Below, in pieces: positions 48,667 to 57,547 of a stretch of 64,000 nucleotides of DNA; position 1 is the stretch's first letter; each line of letters starts with the position of its first letter. The notes beneath the pieces were generated by a model that was not told the origin of the DNA, did not search any database, and saw nothing but the letters and a program-made list of their open reading frames with translations. Origin of the DNA: Bdellovibrionales bacterium (GTDB lineage Bacteria > Bdellovibrionota > Bdellovibrionia > Bdellovibrionales > UBA1609); assembly GCA_965200875.1 (NCBI GenBank), contig OZ241456.1, positions 192,001 to 256,000 of the forward strand. The letters run 5' to 3'. The translations under genes were made by a program, and so were the position numbers.

Positions 48667-49595
48667 TGAAATCCAATAACTTTATTTTAAGAATCCTAAC
48701 TTCCCTGGGGCTGATAGCTGTTTTGAGCTTGGCATGGGTGGGACTTCCGAAAGCCGGAATGTTTTTTCTGGTATCTTTTTTCGTAGCCGTTTTGATTTGG
48801 GAATATTATAAACTGGTGTTTTACAAGCAATTTTCTAAGAGGATTTTCGGGCTGTTTTTTTTGGTGGTGTTTGGTTTTTACCTGTTTTTTATGTCACCTT
48901 TGTTTTTTTCGTTTTTGAGCCAGCCCAGGGCCGGGAATAAAGGATTTTTTCTACTTTCCTTTTATGGCTTGTTGGTTATAGGTTTTTGGGGATTTTACCT
49001 GTATCAGGCTCGTTTAAGAAAGTTTGAAAAACTAGGCTTGGGTCTGAGGGGAGGGTCTTCCCGGAAAGATCTCATCTGGCAGATAGGCTCTGTAATATCT
49101 GAAAAAAAGATATTTTTTGGTTTTTTAGCTTTGTTCTATATAGCTTTTCCCGCGGGATGGTTTTTGAATGTGTTTTTTAGAAGGGAAGAGCACTCGAATA
49201 TTTTGCTGGTGATTTTAAGCCTTGTTTTTGTGGGAGATATTTTTGCTTATATGGGAGGTCGGATTTTAAAAGGAAAAAAATGGGTACCTTTTCTTTCACC
49301 TAAGAAAACTTGGTCTGGTTTATGTTGCGGTTTAGGGGGGAGTGCTTTTACAAGCGGGCTTGGGTTTTCCTTGATAAACGGCAGTTTTTCCTTGTTTTTT
49401 CTCTATTTTTTATTTGGGGCTTTTGGTTTTTTACTGGCTCAAACTGGGGATTTGTTTGCTTCTTTGTTGAAGAGGCGGGCTGGGGTTAAGGATAGTGGTT
49501 CTCTTTTGCCGGGACATGGTGGCGTGTTGGATCGCCTAGATGGTTTTTTACTGGCTTTCCCTTGCGTGTATTTTTTTGTAAGTGGGTTTGTTTAA
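48666..49595 (+). CDS. cdsA: Phosphatidate cytidylyltransferase
   Basis: SPKKTWSG, GDLFASLLKRRAGVKDSG..LPGHGGVLDRLD. Confidence 0.96.
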   Translation: MKSNNFILRILTSLGLIAVLSLAWVGLPKAGMFFLVSFFVAVLIWEYYKLVFYKQFSKRIFGLFFLVVFGFYLFFMSPLFFSFLSQPRAGNKGFFLLSFYGLLVIGFWGFYLYQARLRKFEKLGLGLRGGSSRKDLIWQIGSVISEKKIFFGFLALFYIAFPAGWFLNVFFRREEHSNILLVILSLVFVGDIFAYMGGRILKGKKWVPFLSPKKTWSGLCCGLGGSAFTSGLGFSLINGSFSLFFLYFLFGAFGFLLAQTGDLFASLLKRRAGVKDSGSLLPGHGGVLDRLDGFLLAFPCVYFFVSGFV

Positions 49596-49630
49596 AGCGT
49601 CTGGATTTTCCCCTTTAAAGGGATTGTTTT

Positions 49631-49660
49631 TTGACTTTTTTCGCCGGGCTTTGCTATAGT
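49631..49660 (+). promoter_or_regulatory. Putative sigma70 promoter of rseP
   Basis: TTGACT-N18-TATAGT with extended TG. Confidence 0.5.
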
Positions 49661-49755
49661 TCAGGATGTTCATAGTAAATATTCTTATGACCCATCCGCA
49701 GGGGAGAATGGACAAACCAAAGTGGATAGGGCTGTTCTTTCGGAGTGTGTAAAAA

Positions 49756-51432
49756 GTGTCTTTTTTCGTAAATGTGTTTTTTTCCATAACCGGAGTACTC
49801 ACTTCTCTTTTTCCGTTCGTGGTTTTGCTGGGAATATTGGTTTTTATCCATGAGTTTGGTCATTTTATAACGGCTCGTTTGTGCGGAGTAAGAGTAGAGG
49901 TGTTTAGCCTAGGTTTTGGAAAGAAGCTTTTAAAATGGAAAAGAGGAGATACGGTTTATTGTGTGAGCCTTTTCCCCTTAGGGGGATATGTAAAAATGTT
50001 TGGCCATGAATATGAAAAAGAGATAGAGGAAAAAGAAAAACCTTTTGCTTTTCTTCATAAAAAACTCTGGCAGAAAACATTAATTGTTCTGGCCGGGCCT
50101 TTGATGAATTTTTTTCTGGCGGGTTTTATTTTTGCTGGGCTTAGCATGGCAGTGGGGGAAAGAACAATAGAACCAGTGATAGGAGAAGTGAAGCCGGATT
50201 CTCAAGCCGGAAAAGCTGGCCTAGCTTATGGTGATCATATTATCTCCATTGATAAAGTTCCGGTAAAACGAATAAAAGATGTAAATAGCCTAGTTTTTAA
50301 AAAACCAAATGCGGTGTTGAGTCTAAAAGTGAAGACCCTAAACGGGGAAACACAAATAAAGCAAGTTTCCTCTACTGCGGGAAAAACACATGGTAAGTGG
50401 GGCTTTCTGGAAACAGGCGGGGTTATTGAAGGGCTTGAATTTTCCACAGCAATGGCTGGAGTGGGGGTTTTTGATCCCCTAAAACCTGCGGGCAAAGCGG
50501 GTTTAAAAACTTTTGATAAAATTTTATCTGTGAATGGAGAAAAAATCAAAAGCCGAAAAGAGCTGTTTGATCGATTGAGCCATCCTCCTTTAGATGATCC
50601 GGATTTTTCCTGGGAAATGAAAATTCAAAGAGGGGCAGAGGAAAAAACTTTAACTCTTCAAAAACCCCGGAATTATAAAACAGATGTTTCTCTTTTGGGC
50701 TTAGCTCCTGTGGAACTATTTATTGCGGATTTGAGGAAAGGGGGGGCAGCAGAAAAAGCTGGGCTTAGGAAAGGGGATTTTCTTTTTAAGGTAGATGGAA
50801 AAGCCATTACCAGCTGGTCTTTTTTCGCAAAGGAAATTAAAAATTTTAAAGAAGAAAACGGCGCTTTGAATTTGGAAATCATAAGAGAAGGGAAAAAACT
50901 TTCTTTTTCCGTTACACCAGAAATAAAAATGCAGATTATCAACGGTGTGGAAAAAAAAGATTATATGTTGGGTGTTGTGGCTCAGCCCTTTTATGGATTT
51001 TCCGGCGAGGTGAATTTTGAAAAACAAAAAAATCCCTTAAACGCCTTGGCCGTGGGTTTTGGCAAAACATTTCACTGGTGTGCCATTGTGGGGATTTTTA
51101 TCGGGAAACTTGTTACAGGAAAAATTTCCAGAAGGACTCTGGGAGGTGCTATCTCCATAGGAAGAGAAGCTTATAACAGTTATTCATACGGCTTGACGCA
51201 TTTTTTCAGTCTCATGGCTATTTTGTCCGTTCAGCTTTTTTTGCTCAATATTTTGCCGATCCCTCTTTTAGATGGAGGACACTTATTTTTTTATGCGGTC
51301 GAGTTTTTTAATGGCGCGCCTCTCAGTATGAAAAAAATGATAATCGTTCAAAAAGTGGGACTTTTATTCTTATTGTTTTTATTGATATTTACGACTTTTA
51401 ATGATTTGCATAATTGGCTTTTTGTTTGGTAA
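49756..51432 (+). CDS. rseP: RIP metalloprotease RseP with three PDZ domains
   Basis: HEFGH, PLGGYVKM, NILPIPLLDGGH. Confidence 0.96.
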   Translation: MSFFVNVFFSITGVLTSLFPFVVLLGILVFIHEFGHFITARLCGVRVEVFSLGFGKKLLKWKRGDTVYCVSLFPLGGYVKMFGHEYEKEIEEKEKPFAFLHKKLWQKTLIVLAGPLMNFFLAGFIFAGLSMAVGERTIEPVIGEVKPDSQAGKAGLAYGDHIISIDKVPVKRIKDVNSLVFKKPNAVLSLKVKTLNGETQIKQVSSTAGKTHGKWGFLETGGVIEGLEFSTAMAGVGVFDPLKPAGKAGLKTFDKILSVNGEKIKSRKELFDRLSHPPLDDPDFSWEMKIQRGAEEKTLTLQKPRNYKTDVSLLGLAPVELFIADLRKGGAAEKAGLRKGDFLFKVDGKAITSWSFFAKEIKNFKEENGALNLEIIREGKKLSFSVTPEIKMQIINGVEKKDYMLGVVAQPFYGFSGEVNFEKQKNPLNALAVGFGKTFHWCAIVGIFIGKLVTGKISRRTLGGAISIGREAYNSYSYGLTHFFSLMAILSVQLFLLNILPIPLLDGGHLFFYAVEFFNGAPLSMKKMIIVQKVGLLFLLFLLIFTTFNDLHNWLFVW

Positions 51433-51542
51433 ACGGCTTTGATTGAAGGAGAGGGGGAGACTTTTCTTCCAGTCTTGTTTTTATCAAGCCCCCTTCCCTG
51501 CGTGTGCTCTCGTGAAAAACCAAGTCCCGGATTTGATATATT

Positions 51543-52238
51543 ATGAGTCGGAAGTTTTGTTTTTTAGTGGAAACCACCAGTCCTAAAGGTTCTTTAGGCT
51601 TATATTCTTTTCAGGAAAGAGGTATTCAACCCATAGAGGTTAAAACCTGGGAAGGCTCTGCTCATAGTGCTTTAATCACTTCCGCGTTTGAATCTCTCTT
51701 AAAAATTTTTCAGGATTTAAACCCCACTTTAAACAAAAAGGCTTTTTTGGCCTTAGGGGCTGGGCCTGGTCGGTTTACAGGTGTGCGAGTGGGGGTAAGT
51801 TTTGCTAGGACCGTGGGTTTTGCCTTAAATCTGCCTTTATATCCGGTTTCTTCTCTGAAAATTCTAGCGGAATCTCAAAAGGGGGAGGAAAAACCCATTT
51901 TAGTTTTATTGAATGCTTTTAAGAATAGTTTGTATATGGCTCTTTATCGCCGGAAAAATTCTTTAATGGAGGAGTTGATCCCTCCTTGCGTGGTTTTGGC
52001 CCGGGATTTACCGGAAAAAATTAAAACAAAATGTATTTGCGTGGGGGACGGATACAAAGCTTATAAAGATATTTTCCCATCAGAACTAAAGGGCTACTTA
52101 GAGATAAAGGAAAATATTTTTCCACACACAAAATATCTGGCTGATTTTTTGCAAAGGGAGTTTGATGTTTCCGGCCTTATTTCCTGGAAAAAGCTTAAGC
52201 CAGTTTATTTAAGATCGCCCGTGAGGCTTGTAATATGA
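51543..52238 (+). CDS. tsaB: tRNA threonylcarbamoyladenosine biosynthesis protein TsaB
   Basis: GPGRFTGVRVG, PVSSL, PVYLR. Confidence 0.9.
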   Translation: MSRKFCFLVETTSPKGSLGLYSFQERGIQPIEVKTWEGSAHSALITSAFESLLKIFQDLNPTLNKKAFLALGAGPGRFTGVRVGVSFARTVGFALNLPLYPVSSLKILAESQKGEEKPILVLLNAFKNSLYMALYRRKNSLMEELIPPCVVLARDLPEKIKTKCICVGDGYKAYKDIFPSELKGYLEIKENIFPHTKYLADFLQREFDVSGLISWKKLKPVYLRSPVRLVI

Positions 52239-53227
52239 AAAAATCTTATTTTCAAGTAGTAGTTCCGCGGGCAAGCGAAGGCCAGAGGTTGGATATGTTT
52301 CTTTCTCCTTATATGTCTAGCCGGTCCAGTGCAGATAGCGTAATCAGAGAAGAACTGGTGAAAATCAAAAAATCCGGGAAATATTTTGCTATTCTAAAAC
52401 CTTCCCACAAAGTGAAAGCCGGCGAATTTTATAGGGTTTCTTTTCCTAAAAAAGACATTTTTCCGCCAAAAGTTCTTAAGCCTTATGATTATAAAATTCC
52501 GATTTTGTATGAAGACGAGCAGGTATTGGTGATAAATAAGCCTGCGGGAATAGTTGTGCATCCTAGTCCCGGACATGAGCAGGATACGGTGATAAACGCT
52601 TTGCTGGAAAAAGTGAGTTTATCCCCCGGTGTGGATCCTTTAAGACCCGGAGTGGTGCATCGTTTGGATAAAGATGTAAGCGGTTTGATGCTTTTAAGCA
52701 AAACCAAAGTCGCAGAAGAGTTTTTGATAGAGCAATTTAAGCATAAAAAAGTCAGGAGACTTTATCGTGCTTTGGCTTTGGGAAAGGTCAGACAAAAAAC
52801 CTCCACCTGTGTCAGTTTTATAGGGCGTCATCCCAGAAATCGGAAAAAATTTTGTTCTTTTAAAGAAGAAGTGGCAGGATCTCGAAGAGCTGTTGCCCAT
52901 TATCGAGTGCTGGAGTCCTTTCAGGGTAAAATTCATCATATTGAATGCGAATTGGAGACAGGCCGGACTCATCAAATCCGGGTGCAGTTAAGTGATATGG
53001 GTCTACCGGTCTTGGGAGAGGAGCTTTATTCTTCCCGCCGTTTTCAAAGGAGGGTTTTAAATGAGTTTTCTTTAAAAAAAAATACATTTTCCTTTAAACG
53101 ACTCGCGCTTTATTCTGCTTTTTTGACATTTATTCATCCAATAGGCGGTAAGAGAGTTTCTTTTTCTGTGGATTGGCCGGAGGAATTACATTTTTTAATG
53201 GAGCAGTTATTATTTAATTTGAATTAA
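52235..53227 (+). CDS. rluD: RluA-family pseudouridine synthase (RluD-like)
   Basis: S4-like N-terminus, NKPAG, HRLDKDVSG, ETGRTHQIRV. Confidence 0.85.
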   Translation: MKKSYFQVVVPRASEGQRLDMFLSPYMSSRSSADSVIREELVKIKKSGKYFAILKPSHKVKAGEFYRVSFPKKDIFPPKVLKPYDYKIPILYEDEQVLVINKPAGIVVHPSPGHEQDTVINALLEKVSLSPGVDPLRPGVVHRLDKDVSGLMLLSKTKVAEEFLIEQFKHKKVRRLYRALALGKVRQKTSTCVSFIGRHPRNRKKFCSFKEEVAGSRRAVAHYRVLESFQGKIHHIECELETGRTHQIRVQLSDMGLPVLGEELYSSRRFQRRVLNEFSLKKNTFSFKRLALYSAFLTFIHPIGGKRVSFSVDWPEELHFLMEQLLFNLN

Positions 53228-53270
53228 AATATTTCAGGTTTTTGGAGCTTTCAGCCGACAAGTATAAAAT

Positions 53271-53735
53271 ATGAAAAAGTGGTCTTGGACAATTTTTTTA
53301 CTTATTTTCTTTGGCTTGAATGTTTTTTCTGTTGCCATTTTGTTTTCCCCCTCCTCTAGGAAATGGGTGAGGAGCCAGGTGGTATCCGAAAGACAACAGA
53401 TGTTGTCCAAGGTTTATGGGGATTTAATGCACAATGGTTCTTCTATAAAAGTGGTGAAGCTTAAGTCTATTACAGGTATTGTGTTGGAGTTTTATTCCTC
53501 GGCGGAAAATGGCATTCGTCATCTTGTGACTCGTGTTGAAATTCCAAACGCGCGGGATGGCTTTTTTGATCATCGCGGACAGGCTTTACAGCTGGCTGTG
53601 GTAGATCTGGATGGAGACGGCAAAATGGAGCTTTTATCCCCCACTTTTGATGAAAATCTGCTCGCTCAATTAAACCCCTATCATTATTCACCAGAATGGG
53701 ACGCCTTTGTGCCGTTTATCTTCTCTGATGACTAA
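53271..53735 (+). CDS. Hypothetical membrane-anchored protein with DLDGDG (FG-GAP/EF-like) motif
   Basis: N-terminal TM; TCAG-N16-GCCGACAA upstream. Confidence 0.65.
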   Translation: MKKWSWTIFLLIFFGLNVFSVAILFSPSSRKWVRSQVVSERQQMLSKVYGDLMHNGSSIKVVKLKSITGIVLEFYSSAENGIRHLVTRVEIPNARDGFFDHRGQALQLAVVDLDGDGKMELLSPTFDENLLAQLNPYHYSPEWDAFVPFIFSDD

Positions 53736-53739
53736 AAAA

Positions 53740-54108
53740 TCAGACAAGCTTGGGCCATAGCTCAAATAGGCATTCTCTCCAATATACAGGGCTTTCTTGA
53801 GAAAACTCCATATTCACTTCAAAGTTTCCTTGGCCTAAGTGCTTTGCACCAATAACTTTTCCCTCTATATCCATTTCCATATCAGGAATATATATATCAA
53901 TGTTCTTATGCCAGAGAGTATGTAAATCCCACTGAAACTTAAGAGAGTCCATTACCATATCCTGATAATTAAAGGTCAGGTTAAAGCCTTTTGGGCTTAC
54001 TTCAGAGACAAAAGCTTTTTTCACAATAAGACTTTCCTCCTGGGATAAAGCGATGGAAGTGGCTTTTACCCCTGTTGTTTTTTGTATTTCTTTTAGAGAG
54101 ATGTGCAT
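53740..54108 (-). CDS. PilZ-like beta-barrel protein (degenerate motifs)
   Basis: EVSPKG resembles DxSxxG; G-x-V...F pattern; no RxxxR. Confidence 0.55.
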   Translation of the reverse strand: MHISLKEIQKTTGVKATSIALSQEESLIVKKAFVSEVSPKGFNLTFNYQDMVMDSLKFQWDLHTLWHKNIDIYIPDMEMDIEGKVIGAKHLGQGNFEVNMEFSQESPVYWRECLFELWPKLV

Positions 54109-54191
54109 GATAATATTCCTTCCTTGCTAATGGTTCGAAAAAAATGGTTCGAAAAAGCAGGTGTACTTTTTGTTTGTACTCTTATTGGTAA

Positions 54192-54218
54192 GTATCGGTT
54201 AAAGGACTAAAGTCTTTA
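54192..54218 (-). promoter_or_regulatory. Putative sigma28-type promoter
   Basis: TAAA-N15-ACCGATAC on the minus strand. Confidence 0.6.
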
Positions 54219-54274
54219 ATATTTTTTTGGGAGCTTTATTTAAACACCTGAAACTGTATTTTGAATCCGGTTTT

Positions 54275-54865
54275 TTACTGAAAATGACCGCCCTTTAATA
54301 CCGTTAAAACCATTTTTAACAGGGTTTTAAGAGGTTCAAAGACTGTTTGTCCCTGTTCAGCGCATGCAGTGAAGTCAGGATGATTATAATGATTAAGGCT
54401 TGTGCGCATTTTCGTGACAGAATGAATATCCGGGAGATCTCTTTTGTTATACTGTATTACCATTGGGGTATTTTCCAGGGATACTCCGTCTTCGTTCAGA
54501 TATTTTTTCAGGTTTTCCATAGAGAGTTTGTTCTCCGGCAGTTTTTCTTTTTGGGAATCGGCTACAAAAACCACGCCATCCACCCCCTTTAGGAGTAGTT
54601 TTTGAGAGGTTTCAAACATGTCGCCGGCAGGAATGGTATAGAGGTGAAATCGGGTTTTGAATCCGCGAATGGAACCAATATCTAAAGGTAAAAAATCAAA
54701 AAAAACGCTCGGTTTTGTTTTTAAAGGGATGGAGAGTATATCTTCTTTTTGTTTCTGAGTGTTGCGACAGATCCATTTTATGTTGCTGGTTTTGCCGGCC
54801 CCGGGCGGACCATAGTAGATGATTTTGCAGTGAATTTCTTTGGAATTGTAATTAAAAAGTGACAT
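54275..54865 (-). CDS. mglA: MglA-family small GTPase
   Basis: EIHCKIIYYGP, FFDFLPL, RGFKTRFHLYT, LKGVDGVVFVADSQ, QYNKRD. Confidence 0.93.
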   Translation of the reverse strand: MSLFNYNSKEIHCKIIYYGPPGAGKTSNIKWICRNTQKQKEDILSIPLKTKPSVFFDFLPLDIGSIRGFKTRFHLYTIPAGDMFETSQKLLLKGVDGVVFVADSQKEKLPENKLSMENLKKYLNEDGVSLENTPMVIQYNKRDLPDIHSVTKMRTSLNHYNHPDFTACAEQGQTVFEPLKTLLKMVLTVLKGGHFQ

Positions 54866-54888
54866 TCAGTTTCTTTCTTGTTCGGGCC

Positions 54889-55503
54889 TTATGTAAGCAG
54901 ATCCACTCTGTTTTCCAGAGCGCGCCCTAGGGTTTGTTCATCAATATAATCAATATCTCCGCCAAAGGGAATACCATGAGCTAGGCGTGAGAGTTTAATG
55001 TGTTTATCTTTCATTAATTTTCCAATATATAAAGTGGTTATATCTCCTTCCATATCTGCATCTAAAGCTAAAATAATTTCCTTTATTTGTTTTTTCTCAA
55101 TGGTTTTCATAAGAGAATGGAAAGTTAAATCGTCAGGGGTGATATTATTTAATGGGGAAAGAGCACCGTGCAAAACATGATACTGCCCTTTGAATTTTCC
55201 AGAGGCTTCAATATGTGCAATGTCGAAAGGTTCCTCCACGACACAGACCTGATCTTTTCTTCGAGCCGGGTCAGTACACAAATAGCAGAGTTTTTCCTCT
55301 TCTGTTAAAGTGAGACAACCAGGACATCTTTTGATATTGGTTTTTATGTCTTTTAAAGCCTGCCTGAGTTGTTGAATTTCTTTTTCAGGGACTTTTAAAA
55401 GCCAGCCAGCTAAGCGGTTGGCACTTTTGGGACCAATCCCCGGCCATTTCTTTAATTCATGGATGAGGCGATCTAAAGAGGGAACATGGTGTTTGTTTAT
55501 CAT
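54889..55503 (-). CDS. recR: Recombination protein RecR
   Basis: PGIGPKSA.RL, CxxC x2, YHVLHG, SRLAHGIP. Confidence 0.96.
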   Translation of the reverse strand: MINKHHVPSLDRLIHELKKWPGIGPKSANRLAGWLLKVPEKEIQQLRQALKDIKTNIKRCPGCLTLTEEEKLCYLCTDPARRKDQVCVVEEPFDIAHIEASGKFKGQYHVLHGALSPLNNITPDDLTFHSLMKTIEKKQIKEIILALDADMEGDITTLYIGKLMKDKHIKLSRLAHGIPFGGDIDYIDEQTLGRALENRVDLLT

Positions 55504-55581
55504 AGTGAAAGGACCTTTTAAAGCTCTTATTTTTTTATGGTTTTAACACTTTGTCAATTTTTAGTGCTTTGTTGTATGAAA

Positions 55582-57108
55582 TTAACAGTCTTTGGTATCT
55601 AAAATATCTGCGTCGAAGGCTTTTTGAACTTCCCGGATGAAGGGGTGTTTTTGAATATTTATGTTTTGGTTTTCATCGGGTTTTAGAGAGTGATTTCCAA
55701 AGTTTAGGTTTATTTTGCTTTGTGTGGGAGAAGGAAGGAGAGCCTTTTCTGGTATGTTTTTTTCCGCTGTATCTTTTTTATCCGGGTTTTTGAGCAAGGT
55801 TTCATTGGTTTTTTCCAGCTTGTTTCTTTCTGTTTCATTTTTGTCATCAGGTTTTTTGAGCGAGGTTTGCATGGTTTTTTCCATTCCTTTTGCCAATTCT
55901 GCTTTTAGAGGTTTTTGGGGATGCAGAGTTTTAAAATCTTTTTCCGGGCTAGATTTTACAGGGTTTGGTGGGTCTTCTTTTTTGGGGCTCCCTATTCCGC
56001 CAAAAAGCTGTTCTATATAAGGGGCTTGGCTCATTTTCAGCAAAAGCATTTCCAAAAAAATTTTTGAGTCTTCTGTGCGACCTATATCCCAAGAACCTTT
56101 TAAGCTCATATCTAAAAGCAAATGTATATCTTCTGAGGAATGAGATTCAGCCCATTTTGAAAGTTTTGTTTTTTCTTCCTGAGAGAGAGGCACCAAGTGC
56201 TTTAGGGAGTCAGCCGGGGAAAGCTTTAACAAAAGTAGATGTCTAAGCTCTTTTATCAGGCTTTGTAAAAACCCTGCTGGTTCACTCCCCTTTACCTGAA
56301 GTTGCCCCAGGATCTTTAGTATATCATTTGGCTTTCTTTTCAGGAGGCTTTTTAGGGTTTCTAAGAGCAAAGAGCGATCAGTTAGCCCCAATATTTCGCT
56401 CACATCTTGCGCGTTAAATTTCTTATGGCAAAATGTGATCATTTGATCCAAAAGCCCTTGAGCATCCCTAAGAGAGCCTTCAGCAGCTTCTGCCAATATC
56501 CAAAGAGTGCTATCTTCTGTTTGTGCTTTTTCTGCTTGACAGATTTTTTTCAGCTGCTCATAAATTATGTCATCACCAATTTGGCGAAACTGCAAGATTT
56601 GGCAACGAGATAAAATGGTGGAGGGGATCTTTCTCATTTCTGTAGTGGCCATAATAAAAACGGCGTGTGTAGGAGGTTCCTCCAGAGTCTTTAGTAGGGC
56701 GTTGAAAGCACTTATGGAGAGCATGTGCACTTCATCAATAATATATATTTTGTAGCGACCAGAGGGGAGATAGGTAATGGTTTCCTTTAATTGTCTTATG
56801 GCTTCCACTCCATTATTGCTTGCGCCGTCAATCTCCATGACATCCAGTGAGCGACTTTCATCTATGTCTTGGCAGGTTTTGCAACTATTGCAGGGAGTGA
56901 GGTTTTTTAAGTTTGGGCAGGAAAGGTTTTTGGCTAAAATACGGGCGGTGGAGGTTTTGCCGGTTCCTCGAGGTCCTGCGAAGATAAGAGCGGGGTGCAG
57001 ACGGTTTTCTTTTAAACTGTTTTTAAGAATCCGCACTACAGAGGGTTGCCCAACAAGGTCTTTAAGGATCGCGGGTCTCCATTTTCGGGCTAACACCTGA
57101 TAAGACAT
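55582..57108 (-). CDS. dnaX: DNA polymerase III gamma/tau subunit
   Basis: LARKWRP, GPRGTGKT, IDEVHMLS, LKTLEEPP, SRC. Confidence 0.97.
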   Translation of the reverse strand: MSYQVLARKWRPAILKDLVGQPSVVRILKNSLKENRLHPALIFAGPRGTGKTSTARILAKNLSCPNLKNLTPCNSCKTCQDIDESRSLDVMEIDGASNNGVEAIRQLKETITYLPSGRYKIYIIDEVHMLSISAFNALLKTLEEPPTHAVFIMATTEMRKIPSTILSRCQILQFRQIGDDIIYEQLKKICQAEKAQTEDSTLWILAEAAEGSLRDAQGLLDQMITFCHKKFNAQDVSEILGLTDRSLLLETLKSLLKRKPNDILKILGQLQVKGSEPAGFLQSLIKELRHLLLLKLSPADSLKHLVPLSQEEKTKLSKWAESHSSEDIHLLLDMSLKGSWDIGRTEDSKIFLEMLLLKMSQAPYIEQLFGGIGSPKKEDPPNPVKSSPEKDFKTLHPQKPLKAELAKGMEKTMQTSLKKPDDKNETERNKLEKTNETLLKNPDKKDTAEKNIPEKALLPSPTQSKINLNFGNHSLKPDENQNINIQKHPFIREVQKAFDADILDTKDC

Positions 57109-57381
57109 AAACACCTCTTTTTTAATACTGTACAAAGGTATATTTATGAAAAAAAAACTCATAAAACAAGGCTATTGTGTTGTAAGGCTTGTTTTTTTTA
57201 TTGTAAAGAAAATTATGGAACAAATTTCTCTGTTTTCTCTTTTCCCCAAGCCAGAAAAAAAATTTTCAGGCCCTGCCTTCCTCTTTTGTGTATAAGGGCT
57301 TGCCGGTGGTTTTAAATCGAAGGCCGTATCAAAGATCTCTTAAGTTATATGTAAAAACAAAGGACTCGATCATACTCCCAT

Positions 57382-57414
57382 AACAATCAGTTATGTCTGA
57401 TATAACAGATTGTT
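57382..57414. promoter_or_regulatory. 33-bp imperfect palindrome (operator or recombination site)
   Basis: aacaatcagttatgtc-t-gatataacagattgtt, 14/16 arm match. Confidence 0.5.
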
Positions 57415-57547
57415 TGTTTACCCCTATTATGTGTAAAATGTTCATACTTTTTCGAGTATTATGCCGTTTTTGCTTTCTTAAGGAAATATATCTTTGCTTT
57501 TTATTTCTTCTTTCCTTATAAAAAAAGATTCTTTTAGGAGGTGTTGA

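Noticed and set aside
46655..48930. 15-bp match ttgagccagcccagg between the pyrH start and cdsA
   Set aside because: A few 15-mer matches are expected by chance in 64 kb
49596..49755. Missing dxr between cdsA and rseP as a finding
   Set aside because: Gene order varies widely; cannot be judged from one window
55977..55987. dnaX programmed -1 frameshift at A6G
   Set aside because: Run is phased AAA AAA G, not A AAA AAG; no stimulatory hairpin evident
57110..57370. SRP RNA or tRNA upstream of dnaX
   Set aside because: Conserved SRP loop and cloverleaf motifs not found
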